A stretch of 64,000 nucleotides of DNA from Octopus sinensis (Eukaryota): NCBI RefSeq assembly GCF_006345805.1, contig NC_042998.1, positions 28,520,001-28,584,000 on the forward strand, read 5' to 3'. Position numbers and translations under genes: made by a program. This document shows positions 38,389 through 51,786 of the stretch, piece after piece; positions within the stretch are counted from its first letter, which is position 1, and each line of letters starts with the position of its first letter. Under the pieces are notes generated by a model. That model made no database searches. It saw nothing but the letters and a program-made list of their open reading frames with translations, and was not told the DNA's origin.

Positions 38389-39869
38389 AAACTATAGTAC
38401 TGTACTAGTTCCGTGTATTCATATCCTGAATTCCAACCCTACTGAAGACAGTTTTACTTTCTTTGTTTCTGGAATCGATAAAAATGAATATCAACCCAAG
38501 GCGGTGATCGAACTATCTCTACTTGGAACTGGTATCTTATATCATATATTACATCGTTATATCGGGTTTTGTTCATTTTTCTGTTAGTATGAAGTAATTA
38601 CTGTAATTTATATTGATTTCAGAGATGCAATAAATTTATATTGATTAATCTCAGTTAGACATCTCACGTCTGCGTACTTTTGTCAAAAACCGTTTTACAA
38701 AACGCTTTGCAGTATTTGTTACTTCCAGGTATGGTAAATTTGTCTCCATTTAACCAACATGATGACGTATTGTAAAAAAACAAGGAAAAACTGTGATGGC
38801 GCCAACATGAAGGCACGTTTTTATTCTCCCGTTAAAATTCTATGACAAGCAAACAGCGCTTTTCAAGGAAGGTACCAGAGGTTGTTCATCGAACTATTGG
38901 TGCAAGTTGAGAGGATTAAACAATGGATGTTCGCTATAAAACTTCGCCAATTTTTATAGTAACAGTCAAATATGAAAATATCAAGTGTTAAGCTGTTGAA
39001 GACACTTTTAAATGCAGCTTTATAATATAATCAAAAATAGCAAACACTTATTTCTTTCAAGTTTCGAATAAAATCTAACAAGCTGATATTTTAAGTAGAT
39101 TATATGATGTCGCATAAAATATAAGATATTACTTCTTAAACTTTAAAAGATAAAAATGACAGTTTGTGATAATTATTTTTATTTCCTTTTTTTCCAGTTA
39201 TGATGAATATATGCAGAGTGGTTTGTTATCTAGCTATAAATCATTTGTTTGTGTCGTAATTCAACATGTAATGGTATTCACTCTTATTTGCGATTGCGCA
39301 TGACTTGGCTGCGCGTGAGAATTTGAGCAGACGATATCGTTGTACAAAAATTAATCATTTACATTTGACAGTAATAATTCAAGTATTCCAGTGAAAAATA
39401 TGATTTTTCACTGGCGTAGGCTGCGTATTTTTAGTTGGTAAAGCATGAAACGTAAGCACTTCAATAAATCAAATCCTACCAGCAAAGCCAAGATGTCAAC
39501 GACCTGTTAGCGGAAAAACGTATGAATAATAGATTTCGTTTACATGCATGAGCTTTTTTTTTATATTTGGATTCATTAGAATTTAAATTATTCGTGTCTT
39601 TACGAAGACCATTAAATACGTGCTTAAAGAGAAATCGCTGTCAAGAGGAACTAAAAACGAATCAAGGATTGGCTCGCTTAATAGAGAGTTTAATAATATT
39701 CAAAGTCGTGCTTCTTAGAATATTATAAGTTCCGAACAACATCAACCGTATTGAATAAAGTAATCTTAAATTAATTAATTATGATTTTGTAATTAACGAC
39801 GTTCATATTAAAATCCCATACACGTGACTAAGAAATCACATGGAGATATGTATGTAATATGAGATTAAG

Positions 39870-40210
39870 GTAGTAGGTAGCGATTTTCTTCACTACTTCA
39901 GGGAGTGACGATCTTGCCTGACACAAGTCCCGGGTTCGGCTGGCTCCGGCTGACAGTACCAGGTATGGGGCCCTATCCAGGGTTACGGAAAGGAGACAAC
40001 CTTCAAAGAAATCCGGAGTGGAGCCCTGTAGGCGGTTTAGTGTTCGACTCGACACTCTTCCGGCATTTCCTCCGACCAAGCTGGTGCCAAACATAATGCT
40101 TTGCACTCCTTTGGACTTCGTCAGCAAAGTCAAGAGAGGATTCCTGACGACTGGGCTACTTAGGATATTCTTACATCTAGCCCAGGCCTGCGCAAAACTG
40201 GAGAGGACAT
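39870..40210 (+). mobile_element. GC-rich interspersed-repeat-like segment, possibly an RTE 5' UTR
   Basis: Composition contrast and recalled resemblance only. Confidence 0.3.
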
Positions 40211-42177
40211 GAAATATAAAAACCAGACTGGATTAGTTTATGCGCAACTCCATTGTCTCCCGAAACAAAAGGATGCCTACAAATGAGATTAATATAAGTT
40301 TAGATAGTTATTTGTATTTGATCATATGTAATGTTATGTATTCAAGATGAGGACTAAATAGATATCCTCTTTTATAGAAGGGAACACTGAACTGCCATAT
40401 TTTTGTCGCTTAGTCAGGAGGAAGGACATTGCTTATAACATTTTTCAGGGGCGCAGAGTGTCGTGGGAAGCACGAAAGAAGGCAACCTTAAGCTTGAATG
40501 CTTAAAATCAAATAGCTCACACTAAACTCACCCAAATGCACGGTAATGGTGTTAAATTGGTCGATGAATTAAGCGTACCACTTAAGTAAGCTGCGATGGG
40601 ATTTGTACTCAGAATGCAAACGGCTGAGACAAATGGCAAAAGGCATCGTGTACAACACTTTAATGAATCTTCCATTCAAACTCCCTTCACTGAAATTTTT
40701 TTTATCGAGCCCAGAACGATGAAGACAAAATTAACCTCGACGAGAATTGAACAATTTTACTTGGAGGCAACAATCAATGTACCAAGATGCTAGGATAGGT
40801 GGTTTGCCGACTGTACATAAGCAATCTCCAACAGTAGAACTCTGATATTTCACGGATTACAAAAATTGTTAGTGAAATGAGAATGATTAATTTTTGTGCA
40901 ACATTTCTCAGTAGCAAGAATTTCATTCATGGGCTACTAATTTGTCATCCAAATAGAATCTTAGTGAGATAACCACTAGATCGATGTCGGGAGAAAAAAG
41001 CTGGGTCAACTGGTCGTAAATTGCGTGATTGGTGCGTATTCGTAGTTTTGTGGCAGAGAGGAAGTAAGATTATCTTTTTTTTTCTTTTTTACAAGAGATG
41101 ATATATGGAAGCTAGTTTCAAAGCCCATAGAAACTGGGGCCTATTTTTCGTGCTGATGGTTTGATTTTGTTCAGAAAATATGTAAATGAATTAATAATAC
41201 GAATAAATATCCTCAACATTGAAAGAAGTCGACTTATGGGGTCGATAGAGTAAGTACCAGTTGCGTACTGGGGTCGATACAATCGACTCACCTCCTCCCC
41301 AGAAATTGCTGGCCTTGTACCAAAATTTGCAATCAATATTAAAAGATGGCAGTGGAATAGACAGATGGTGAAAGCCGTCATTAAGATCCATATTTGGGGA
41401 GTCAATAAAATGTACAAGTAATATTCTAGATTAATCCATTGGATAACAAAAACTGTACCTGTTCTTGTTTGAGAAATAACGTTGGTTTGTAAGTAGTTAG
41501 CTGTCTGTATATGTTAAACATACAACTATTTCAATCTGTCCAGTAAATTAAGAGTTTCGTTATTTGAAATCTTAAAATCGCTCGAACAATCGGTTAAGTA
41601 GTGTAGATTGTTCTGTACTTCCTCCAACCAAATTTGTGTTTTTTGTCCTCTATCGATTAGGTCAAGAAGTGATGTTGGTCAGTTGAATTGAAGTTAGTTG
41701 TTGACGCCATGTACAGGAAGATAGGTCGATGAAACTTTGCATTCGAGCAAAATTTTGTTTTGGTAAACAAACTTACTTAAAATAAAATAGATGTACCGAT
41801 AAAAACAAAATGTCGTTTTTGCTGTCAACGCCATTGCTGTCGTTGTTATTGCTATTATCGTCGTCGACATCTTCATTGTTGCTGTTGTAGTCGTTGTCGG
41901 CGTGGTTGTTGTTGTCGTTGTTAGAGAAACTAAAATACAAGGAAGCAGCTATAAAGAATTTAAGTAGATTTGATAAAAGAAAAAACAAGCATAAAGAAAT
42001 TTACTAATTTCTCGATCGAGCTGTTGTACCTTATATTTTTAACGACGGCAAGTGCAATCGCTTGAGATGTAGAATTATCTCAAAAGTATTAACGGCGTAT
42101 TTTATAGAAAAGCAAATAATATTTGATACAATCTTTGAACATGACATAAAAAAAAATAACATGTCCTACTTATTAAT

Positions 42178-42632
42178 GCGCTAACATTTTTTCAGCAATA
42201 TTATTATTTAGTTTTTTTCTTTTCAGCAATATTATATAGTCTAATTAGCTATTTAAATCCTTATTTAGTCTAAATAAGAGGAACGGTTGCTATTCGTAGA
42301 CCTCCAAGCCTGGTTTATTAATGTGCTAACATTTTTTCACCAATATTATTATTTAGTTTTTTTTTTACTTCGGCAATATTATTTAGATATCCTATCAAAC
42401 TAAAGTCTGATAGGATATCTAAATCCTTATTTAGTCTAAATAAGAGGAGTGGTTGCTATTCGTAGACCTCCAAGCCTGTGCTAACATTTTTTCACCAATA
42501 TTATTATTTAGTTTTTTTTACTTCGGCAATATTATTTACATATCCTATCAAACTAAAGTCTGATAGGATATCTAAATCCTAATTTAGTCTAAATAAGAGG
42601 AATGGTTGCTATTCGTAGACCTCCAAGCCTAG
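42178..42632. repeat. three tandem ~150-bp units with internal palindromes
   Basis: Unit starts at 42178, 42322, 42478. Confidence 0.88.
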
Positions 42633-43327
42633 TGAGATGGATGTTGAGCAAGTTAAATTTTTTGTTCGAGTGATTGTGCCGTGCTGCTGTAGATGTCAAT
42701 GTAAATTGTTTTCAATGTATTTGTTCCTATATTAGCTCGTGTTCGGCGTCAGACGTTACTTCTGAATGACGCCATTGTGTGTGAGTGTGTATGTGTGTGT
42801 GTCTCTGTGTGTGTGATTGTGTGTGTGTGTGTGTGTGAAGGGCGCTATTATTTTCAGTGTTTCTAATAAGAAGTAACAGCGAGCATGTCAGTAATTTTAA
42901 GAATGTAAAGAGTGCAAGCGACATAACTAGATTCTCCTGAGCACACGCCAGGGTTCATTACCTGAATTTTCACCGGTGTGTCTAAAGCAAATCAGCCTGA
43001 AGGAATCTAAAACAATTCCCCAATCTAACAGCTTCGCAAGTAAAACGAAATATTTGTCAATTACATATTGTTCCCAATTGTTACAGAATTGACCTGCCAA
43101 TATCACTGAAGGTCACATTTTACAGATGGCGACGAATTGCTAGAGCGGTAAAAATGCCAGGTAGGAAATATTGCAGCGCAAGTCCTTACTCTTTGCGTTG
43201 TAAATTCGAATCCCGCCGTTGTCAGCTTAACTTCCCATCCTCCAGGGACTCGATAAACAAAATACCGAGCATGAAATCTGCAATGGAGTAATCTTATGAA
43301 AAATTCAAAAGTTCAAAAGATGATAAA

Positions 43328-43655
43328 TCGTGGCACTCCGTTGGTTGCGACGACGAGGGTTCCAGTTGATCCAATCAAGGGAACAGCTTGCTCGTGAAAT
43401 TAACGTGCAAGTGGCTGAGCACTCCACAGACACGTATACCCTTAACGTAGTTCTCGGGGAGATTCAGCGTTACATAAAGTGTGACAAGGCTGGCCCTTTG
43501 AAATACAGGCACAACAGAAACTGGAAGAAAGAGTGAGAAAAAACTGTGGGGAAAGAGTATAGCAGGGTTCGGTACCATTCCCTGTCGGAGCCTCATGGAG
43601 CTTTTAGGTGTTTTCACTCAATAAACACTCAAAACGCCCGATCTTAGGTATCAGC
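43328..43655 (-). mobile_element. SINE family D-related repeat
   Basis: 43530-43650 resembles 50470-50590. Confidence 0.6.
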
Positions 43656-43895
43656 AAAACTTCGTCAGTACTTAAAAAACAGCTGCATTTAATGGGGATT
43701 TAAGCTCTCAAAAAATCTGAAATAAATTTCTTCCGTGTAATGGTTGGATCTGTTAATTAATGGTTCTTCCATCTTGTCATTAATTAAAAGGTTTGAAACT
43801 GTATTGTATGGCATCTCTATGGACATACATCGTGCCATTTTGAAAACGGTTTGGAAAGAACACTTTACCAGAGAAAGAAGACACGAGAGTATCCG

Positions 43896-44124
43896 TTTCT
43901 TTACTACCCACCAGGGGCTAAACATAGAGGGGACGAACAAGGACAGACAAACGGATTAAGTCGATTACATCGACCCAAGTGCGTAACTGGTTCTTAATTT
44001 ATCGAACCCGAAAGGATGAAAGGCAAAGTCGACCTCGGTGGAATTTGAACTCAGAATGTAACAGCAGACGAAATACGGCTACGCATTTCGCCCGGCGTGC
44101 TAACGATTCTGCCAGCTCGCCGCC
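43896..44124 (-). mobile_element. SINE A, full length
   Basis: Family A pattern. Confidence 0.88.
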
Positions 44125-44360
44125 TTAAAGAAGACTCTAGAGTATCGAGACAATTACGCCAAAAATATTGCACTTTGTTGGGAAAGTAAGTCAGTGGCGC
44201 CCTACTTTGGACTTCTTAGAATAGTCGCAATTGCATTGTCTACCCTCTGCTACATTGGATAATACAGACAGGAAATATCACATGCCATGAAAGACAGTGA
44301 CGAGTATCGGAATCAGGCGAATCTGATCAAACCAGACACGACGACGACGACGACGACGAA

Positions 44361-44405
<45 letters not shown>

Positions 44406-45367
44406 CACCAATCTTCTATTTTTATAAAAAAAACATTAAATCATATCTACGTCTGCCAATCTCACTATTAAAGACTAGCTTTTTCCTAATTCCAGTTTAA
44501 CCATGTCACTTTAAGTTATCGTCTGTCTATATCTAACCTTCCATAGAAAAACCTATGTCGGAAGCTTTTTTTTTCTTCTTCCCGGATCTCTTCTGTATCT
44601 TGTATATATCGCTACATCTTCCTTTAATGCAGAAAGTTTTATTATTTCGCTTGATTTGATAATATTGCTTGTCTAATATCGTAATATTTCTGACAGTCTT
44701 TATTACTTATTCAATCATACATCAGTCATATTCAGTAGTCGTTGTACCGACTGACTCTGTCGAAAGCTTGATGGATCACTCATACAAAATCGGAAAAGAG
44801 ATGATGGCCTATAAGTCACGAAATTTATATTTATTTATTCGTGCATTTATCTTGTTTTATATCGCAGGTGGTGAATAATAGCGTCGTTGATTACAAGTCT
44901 CCTATAGGCGTATCATTGATTTGTTGCATTTGTGACGGCACGATTGAGAAGGAAGCATCTAATTCGATACAGCAAAAATATACCAAAGAAGAGATTCTGT
45001 ACAGTATCATTTGATTTTCGTTTTTTTCACTGATATTTATATCATTATTTTTTTCGGGTAGATATAGGCGGAAGGGATATACATACATGCATACAAACAG
45101 GCGCACATATATGTATGCTCGTATGGGGTGTTCAGTTTAGTTTTTGAATTTCTCGCCACTGGAGAAAACGCCAGTTTCTAGCCGAGAAAGAAGGGTCTTC
45201 AGGGGATTTAAAAAACCAGTAACAGGATCATCTTCTATCTATGTGTGTGTGTGTGTATGTGTTTGTGTCTGTGTGTGTATATTTAGATATATATACATAT
45301 ATATGTATGTCGAGCAGTGCTTCTGTAAGCACAGACACAGACACAACATACTCTCACACACAAACGA

Positions 45368-45422
<55 letters not shown>

Positions 45423-45423
<1 letters not shown>

Positions 45424-46660
45424 TGGGTCATCCCATAAATAATGCGGTTCAGTTCTATATCTGTTAATTTTTCAAAATTAAGATAAAGTTTTTTCCATCT
45501 ACCTGGTAGACTTGCAAGGCCCCTCTTCCAAAATTCACGTCTCTGTGGCGAAAAATAGACCTCCAGTACTGTTTTGACCTCGTCTACAGAATTCATATTT
45601 TTCCGTCCAAATGATTTCGAAGACTTCGGAATTAAATGATAATCAGATGGGGCATTATCCGGCGAATATGCTGGGTGCGGCATCGTTTGCCATTCAAACT
45701 GCTCCAGCCTTTGGAATGTCATCCTCGCTGTATGTGGCCGAGAATTGTCCTGATGGAAGAACACTTTTCCTCTTGAAACCAAAGATGGTCGTTTTTCTTC
45801 TAGCGCTGACTTCAACCGCTCAATCTGCTCGCCATAGATCTCTTTTGTTATCGTTTGGTTTGGGTTTAAAAGTTCAAAGTGGACAAAACCTTTCATATCC
45901 CATCAAACAAATAACAACACCTTACGTGGGTGAAGACCTTCTTTAGCTTGGTGTGCCGGTGACTCTCCTTTCCCTACCCACTGTCTTCGGCGCTTGACAT
46001 TTTTATAGAGAACTCATTTCTCATCACCAGGCATTATTCGGTTCAAAAAAGGTTCGTTCGTGTGACGTGACAGCAAAGAAGCGCACATATCCACTCTCTG
46101 CGCGTGATTAGACCCGAAAAGTTAACGAGGAGCTCATTGACCCAATTTGCTGACTTACCCGATGGCACGCATGCGTCGATGAATGATTGATCAAATCCAA
46201 GCTTCTTTGCTAGTTCCTCAACAGTTACAATAGGATTTTGTTCCCCTAAGGTTTGCAGGACGTACTTGTCGAGCTCTGCAGACCTTCCAGGATGATGCTC
46301 GTCTTCTAGGCTGTAGTTTCCCGCTTAGAATTTCTGGAAACACTGTTGGCACTGGCTTAAGATTATTGTCCGATCCCCATATACTGCGTTAATATTCTTC
46401 GCACTTTGCTTCGCGTTGTTACCTTTATTGAACTCATAAAGCGAAATATACCGAATATGTTTCTTTGTCACTTCCATTATAGCTTTGAACAAATAACTAT
46501 TAAAGTCGAATTGCATTCTTCAAAACTCGCACTAAGAATAGAAACAAGGTAAAATCACTACCTGCATTTATGGCAAGTTGATGCAGGTAGTTTATCCCGT
46601 TCCCCTCCGACTTTTAGTTCATGTAATTGAAAAAAACGGATTATTTATGGGATGACCCAA
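45423..46660 (-). mobile_element. full-length defective mariner transposon
   Basis: TIRs ttgggtcatcccataaataatgcggtt / ..attatttatgggatgacccaa, TA TSDs; HQDNSRPH and YSPDNAPSDY in ORF 45354-45896; N-terminus in 46325-46516. Confidence 0.93.
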
Positions 46661-46888
46661 TATATACATGCATATATATATGTATGCATGCATGTATGTA
46701 TTTATGTATGTATGTATCACGGGGTTTTTTTCGGTTTCGATCTACCAAACCTACTCACAAGGCTTTGGTGGGCCCGAGGATATTGCAGCAGGTCCTTCTA
46801 AGTGTGATTGAACCCAGAACCATATAACTGCCAAGCAAACTTCTTACTACACAGCCATGTCTGTACTCATAAAAATAAAGTAACCTTA

Positions 46889-47281
46889 GGCGCAGGAGTG
46901 GCTGTGTGGTAAGTAGCTTGCTTACGAACCACATGGTTCCGAGTTCAGTCCCACTGTGTGGCACCTTGGGCAAGTGTCTTCTATTATAGCCTCGGGCCGA
47001 CCAAAACCTTGTGAGTGGATTTGGTAGACGGAAACTGAAAGAAGCCCGTCGTATGTATGTATATTTATAAGTGTATGTTTGTGTGTCTGTGTTTGTCCCC
47101 TTAGCATTACTTGACAACCGATGCTGGTGTGTTTACGTCCCCGTCACTTCGCGGTTCGGCAAAAGAGGCCGATAGAATAAGTACTGGGCTTACAAAGAAT
47201 AAGTCCCGGGGTCGATTTGCTCGACTAAAGGCGGTGCTCCAGTATGACCGCAGTCAAATGACTGAAACAAAGTAAAAGAGT
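46889..47281 (+). mobile_element. SINE B, full length (an inverted 5' half lies at ~46718-46862)
   Basis: Family B pattern. Confidence 0.88.
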
Positions 47282-47403
47282 AATATTCGCTTGGAAATAT
47301 CAAAACCTCAACGATGTGCCATACGACTGCACAGCATCTACATGGTCTCGTAGAATACGTGTTACGTATGGTTGAAACTTATTTGAATATTTATTTATAT
47401 CAT

Positions 47404-47774
47404 GCTAGCAGTATCGCCCGGCATTGCTCGGGTTTGTAAGGGAAATAACTATATAAGCATTTTCAGAGATGTAAATCTCAATATGGCTAACCACAAAGGG
47501 CGGGGTGTTACTGTAGCTTTTTACGTTCTGAGATTTAATAATAAATTTTTAGAGAGTTACTTCCCTTATATAAGCCAAAAATGCATTAAAAATGGGAAAG
47601 ATTGATGGTAAATTCTTTTTAAAATCGTAGACTTATCGTAGATGCGCGCTAATACCCAGAAGGGCTTGATATGAATCACGACTATAAGATACCCGCTTTT
47701 TGTTACACTGCACCGTAGTTAGGAATCTAAATCGTAGGAGACAGACACACAACTTCACTTTTATATATAAAGAT
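47404..47774 (+). mobile_element. non-autonomous Helitron/HINE-like element
   Basis: Start ctagc..cccggcattgctcggg, end acagacacacaacttcacttttatatataaagat; same termini as 51787-52188 and 60524-61029. Confidence 0.6.
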
Positions 47775-48225
47775 ATCTTTCCAAAGAAATCTTGAGAACA
47801 TTTTTGGATTTTGTTTTTATGAATCTGAATCTGAAATAAATTATGAACATAACTGTTATTTTTATCTGCAGTTTTTTATATGGCGAGTAATATTTTGTCA
47901 ACATTTCCGTTTATATGTCGTAAAAGGAACGCTAGAGAGAGACTGTTGAAGAGTAAAACTGCAAAAATTATTCGGCTGTTTTAAGAAGTAAGAAACTCTT
48001 GTATGAATAACATTTTGATTTCATTAAATGTCAAACTAATTTCCAAAAGGTAGCAGAAGCAATTTTGTAGCTTACACACATACACACACACCACCACCAC
48101 CACCACCACCACAGCCATCACCACCACCGACACCACCACCACCACAGCCACCACCACCACCGCCACCACCACCTCCGCCACCACTACCACCACCACCACC
48201 ACCGCCACACACATATATGTAGTTG

Positions 48226-48282
<57 letters not shown>

Positions 48283-48318
48283 GTATATGTATGTATGTAT
48301 GTATGTATTATGTATGTA

Positions 48319-48349
<31 letters not shown>

Positions 48350-48673
48350 GTGTGTGTGTAGTTGTATATATATTTATACATAAATTTGTGTGTGTGCGTG
48401 TGAATGACTTCTAAATCTAGAAGAGGAAATGAAACATAACGTTAATTAGCAATAATATCTCGCAGAAAAGTCATAAATGGAAAATTTTCCATTGTAAAGC
48501 CATTAATGTTTTACGGAAATAGCTGAACAATTTTTGTTCTTCTGATATAATTCAACATTTAAGTCATCAGGTTATTTTACTTTCTAACCATTTTCTTTTC
48601 TCTTATAAACGCCTCTGTCTACGATTAGATGAATTTCCTGTTGCTTCTGGGCCAATTTGTTCGAAAATTGTCT

Positions 48674-49269
48674 TATTTCTTTACTACCAACATGGGGCTA
48701 AACACAGAGAGGACAAACAAGGACAGACAAACGGATTAAGTCGATTATATCGACCCCAGTGCGTAACTGGTACTTATTTAATCGACCCCGAAAGGATGAA
48801 AGGCAAAGTCGACCTCGGCGGAATCTGAACTCAGAACGTAACGGCAGACGAAATACCAATTTCTTTATTGCCCACAAGGGGCTAAACGCAGAGGGAACAA
48901 ACAAGGACAGACAAACGGATTAAGTTGATTACATCGACCCCAGTGCGTAACTGGTACTTATTTAATCGACCCCGAAAGGATGAAAGGCAAAGTCGACCTC
49001 GGCGGAATCTGAACTCAGAACGTAACGGCAGACGAAATACCAATTTCTTTATTACCCACAAGGGGCTAAACGCAGAGGGAACAAACAAGGACAGACAAAC
49101 GGATTAAGTCGATTACATCGACCCCAGTGCGTAACTGGTACTTATTTAATCGACTCCGAAAGGATGAAAGGCAAAGTCGACCTCGGCGGAATTTGAACTC
49201 AGAACGTAGCGGCAGATGAAATACCGCTAAGCATTTCGCCCGGCGTGCTAACAATTCTGCCAGCTCGCC
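48674..49269 (-). mobile_element. SINE A with two extra head-truncated 184-bp tandem units
   Basis: ORF track repeats with a 184-bp period; imperfect 16-bp TSD at 48657-48672 / 49270-49285. Confidence 0.9.
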
Positions 49270-49366
49270 TTGTTCGGAATATGTCTGCCGACGCTTTCGT
49301 TTACTTTCATGTAGCTGTTTTGTAACCCTAGGACAACTCTGAGTGAACAGACCTATTGATTTAAGA

Positions 49367-49552
49367 CAGTGGTTCCCAAAGTGGGTGGTACCATCCCCAG
49401 GCAGGGGCGGTGGAAATATCTAAAGGTGCGTTGAAGAAAAATGAGCTGATAACTGGATAGCCAAAAGGGATTAATAGATGGCACGTGGAAGTGCTAAAAA
49501 TGTGGCCTTGATATCAAGGTGGAGGTAGCCCGATGAAGTTTGGGGACCACTG
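49367..49552. mobile_element. hAT (Charlie-type) MITE
   Basis: TIRs CAGTGGTTCCCAAA / TTTGGGGACCACTG; perfect 8-bp TSD ATTTAAGA. Confidence 0.92.
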
Positions 49553-49727
49553 ATTTAAGACATTTAGCTCAATGATATCCAGAACTAACTTATCTTTTCA
49601 AGATGATAGTCTATGATTTCACGGACGTTTAACTGCTACATTTATGTAGGTCCCGTGACCATGTAGAACCCTCCTCTTAAGTTCGTTTATTGGCTCTTTT
49701 CATTTATGATAAAATAAATGTGCCCTT

Positions 49728-49968
49728 TTTAAAGCCTAGCCAGGCTCATGGGCCCGGTTTCCCGGTTTCTATGAGGTATGGGTTCCCCAGCTGGACGGGA
49801 CGCCAGTCCATCGCAGCGTTACTCATTTTTGCCAGCTGAGTGGACTGGAGCAACGTGAAATGAAGTGTTTTGCTCAAGAACACAACGCGTCGCCCGATCC
49901 AGGAATCGAAACCACAATCTTACGATCATGATGCTGACACCCTAACCACTAAGCCACGCGCCTCCACC
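49728..49968 (-). mobile_element. SINE family C (tRNA head plus central domain)
   Basis: TGGCTTAGTGG A box, GGTTTCGATTCC B box, then gtgttcttgagcaaaacactt..gcgatggactggcgtcccgtccag. Confidence 0.8.
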
Positions 49969-50051
49969 TTTTCATTTATAGTTGTGGAATAACAACTTCT
50001 GTTCTTTTACCTCTCCTCAACGTCTGAAGTATATTTGAGCAATCGTTTCTA

Positions 50052-50269
50052 TTAGGTTGGTACATAATTATTGCAGCTTTTTTTCGATAAATTTTATTCA
50101 ACAAAAGCAATAACAACACTTAAGAAAACACCTTTAAATGATTATTCCGGAGCATATTCACCATCTACTTCAATTTCTGCTTGGCGTTTTGTTTAAATTA
50201 GCGTTTTGTTTAATTTTTTAAAAATTAAATTTATGGAAAAAACGTCCCAATAATTATGCACCAACCTAA
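50052..50269. mobile_element. mariner-derived MITE
   Basis: TIRs ttaggttggtacataattattg / caataattatgcaccaacctaa with TA TSDs. Confidence 0.9.
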
Positions 50270-50379
50270 TATGTGGTTGCTGCTGCTGTTGCTGCTGCTG
50301 CTGCCGTTGAGCGTAGTGGTCTTCGTCCAGTGGGAGAAGTCCGAAACGTGGTCCTTTGCTATTTGTAAGACCCGCAGAA

Positions 50380-50665
50380 GAGAAAGCAGGTCAACCCCCG
50401 ACACCGAGAGCATCAACAGAAGGATGAATACGCATCAAGGCTCAGTGGTTGCGTAGGAAGTTGGGGACAAGAAACAGGAAGAAAGAGTGAGAGAAAGTTG
50501 GCGCGAAAGAGTACAACAGGGGTCGCCACCAACCCCTGCCGGAGCCTCGTGGAGCTTTAGGTGTTTTCGCTCAATAAACACACAAAACGCCCGTTCTGGG
50601 AATCGAAACCGCGATCCTCCGACCGCGAGTCCGCTGCCCTAACCATTGGGCCATTTCGCCTCCTG
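50380..50665 (-). mobile_element. SINE family D (tRNA head)
   Basis: TGGCCCAATGG A box, GGTTTCGATTCC B box. Confidence 0.7.
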
Positions 50666-51019
50666 TGGTTGCAGCTCGAATCGGATTAGAATCTTTCTTA
50701 TCCTGAACTGTCTGCATCAAATAGTAACACAACAGGTAGTTTATACCTTGAAATCTAGATTTCAAACACTCATCACAGTTATGCACCCATTTGAAGGTTG
50801 ACCACTCCCACACCAATGCAACATATCGCTCATTCGCACTCGCTGGAGCAGCTCACCTCTGCTTTAACACATACAAGAGTATAATGGAAAAGATCTCTTT
50901 TATTCAAGCATATTCCTGGCAAAACCTCTGTCTTCCGTGTTTTGTTTTAGTGACTTACTGTATGATCGCACCATCTTTGCACGTGCTAAAGGACCTTTCT
51001 CTGATTAGCACTATCATTT

Positions 51020-51385
51020 CTTTATTTACTTTATTTACATCATTTATACTTGACGGATATTTGTCCTCATCTTGTTTGTTGTTAACACAACATTTTGGCT
51101 GATATACCCTCCAGCCTTCTTCAGGTGTCTTGGGGAAATTTCGAACCTGGGTTCTCATTCCTAAGGTATTTTTCGATGTTGTTATTATTATCATTATTAT
51201 TATTATTATTATTATTATTGTTGTTGTTGCTGTTCAGGTCACTGCTTGGAATCGAACTCGGAATCTTGGGGTTAGTAGTCCGCGCTCTTAACCACTACGC
51301 CATATGCCCACGGGCATATCCGTCGAACGTAAATAATGTAAGTAATGTACATAATTCCTCATCTCTTAAATATAGAACTGTACTA
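51020..51385 (-). mobile_element. tRNA-headed element carrying a hammerhead-like motif, flanked by imperfect inverted repeats
   Basis: Head 51313-51237 (TGGCGTAGTGG, GAGTTCGATTCC), (AAT)n spacer, motif at 51085-51128, inverted repeats 51020-51060 vs 51316-51355. Confidence 0.65.
51085..51128 (-). ncRNA. hammerhead-like motif with two CpG-type decays
   Basis: ACAC-CUGAAGA-A-GGCUG-(10 nt)-CAGCC-AAA-AUGU-U-GUGU (expected GAA-ACGU). Confidence 0.6.
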
Positions 51386-51786
51386 TCATTTCTGTTGTGT
51401 CCTAAGCTGTGGATTTTCCTTCGCTCACACTCACCTTCCTATAGTTAAATGATGTATCTTCCTTAAATTAGCACTACCAATTTTGAGGTGCCGCCCTAAG
51501 GTGAGGTTTTCCTTAACACACACGCATCCTCTTACATCTCAATGCCCTACAATATATCGCGCCCAGCAGCACCCACTCTCAAATATATGATCATGTCTCA
51601 TTCCTTCCTAACTATCCGCACCGAAATGCCATCCTTATGCAACCTAACAGCTGGGGGCCAAGCTTTAAATGACTCTCGGGATAGAGAGTGGTAAGCCCCT
51701 TCCAGCCAATGTTTTCTCTGTAGCTGTCAGATTACAACTGTTACGGGTTACAGAAGGTCTGTGTCTGTCATAGGAATAACCCCTTC

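Noticed and set aside
40565-40590. cttaagtggtacgc (minus strand) resembling a 28S rRNA stretch
   Set aside because: Match is only ~14 nt and the flanks are not rRNA-like
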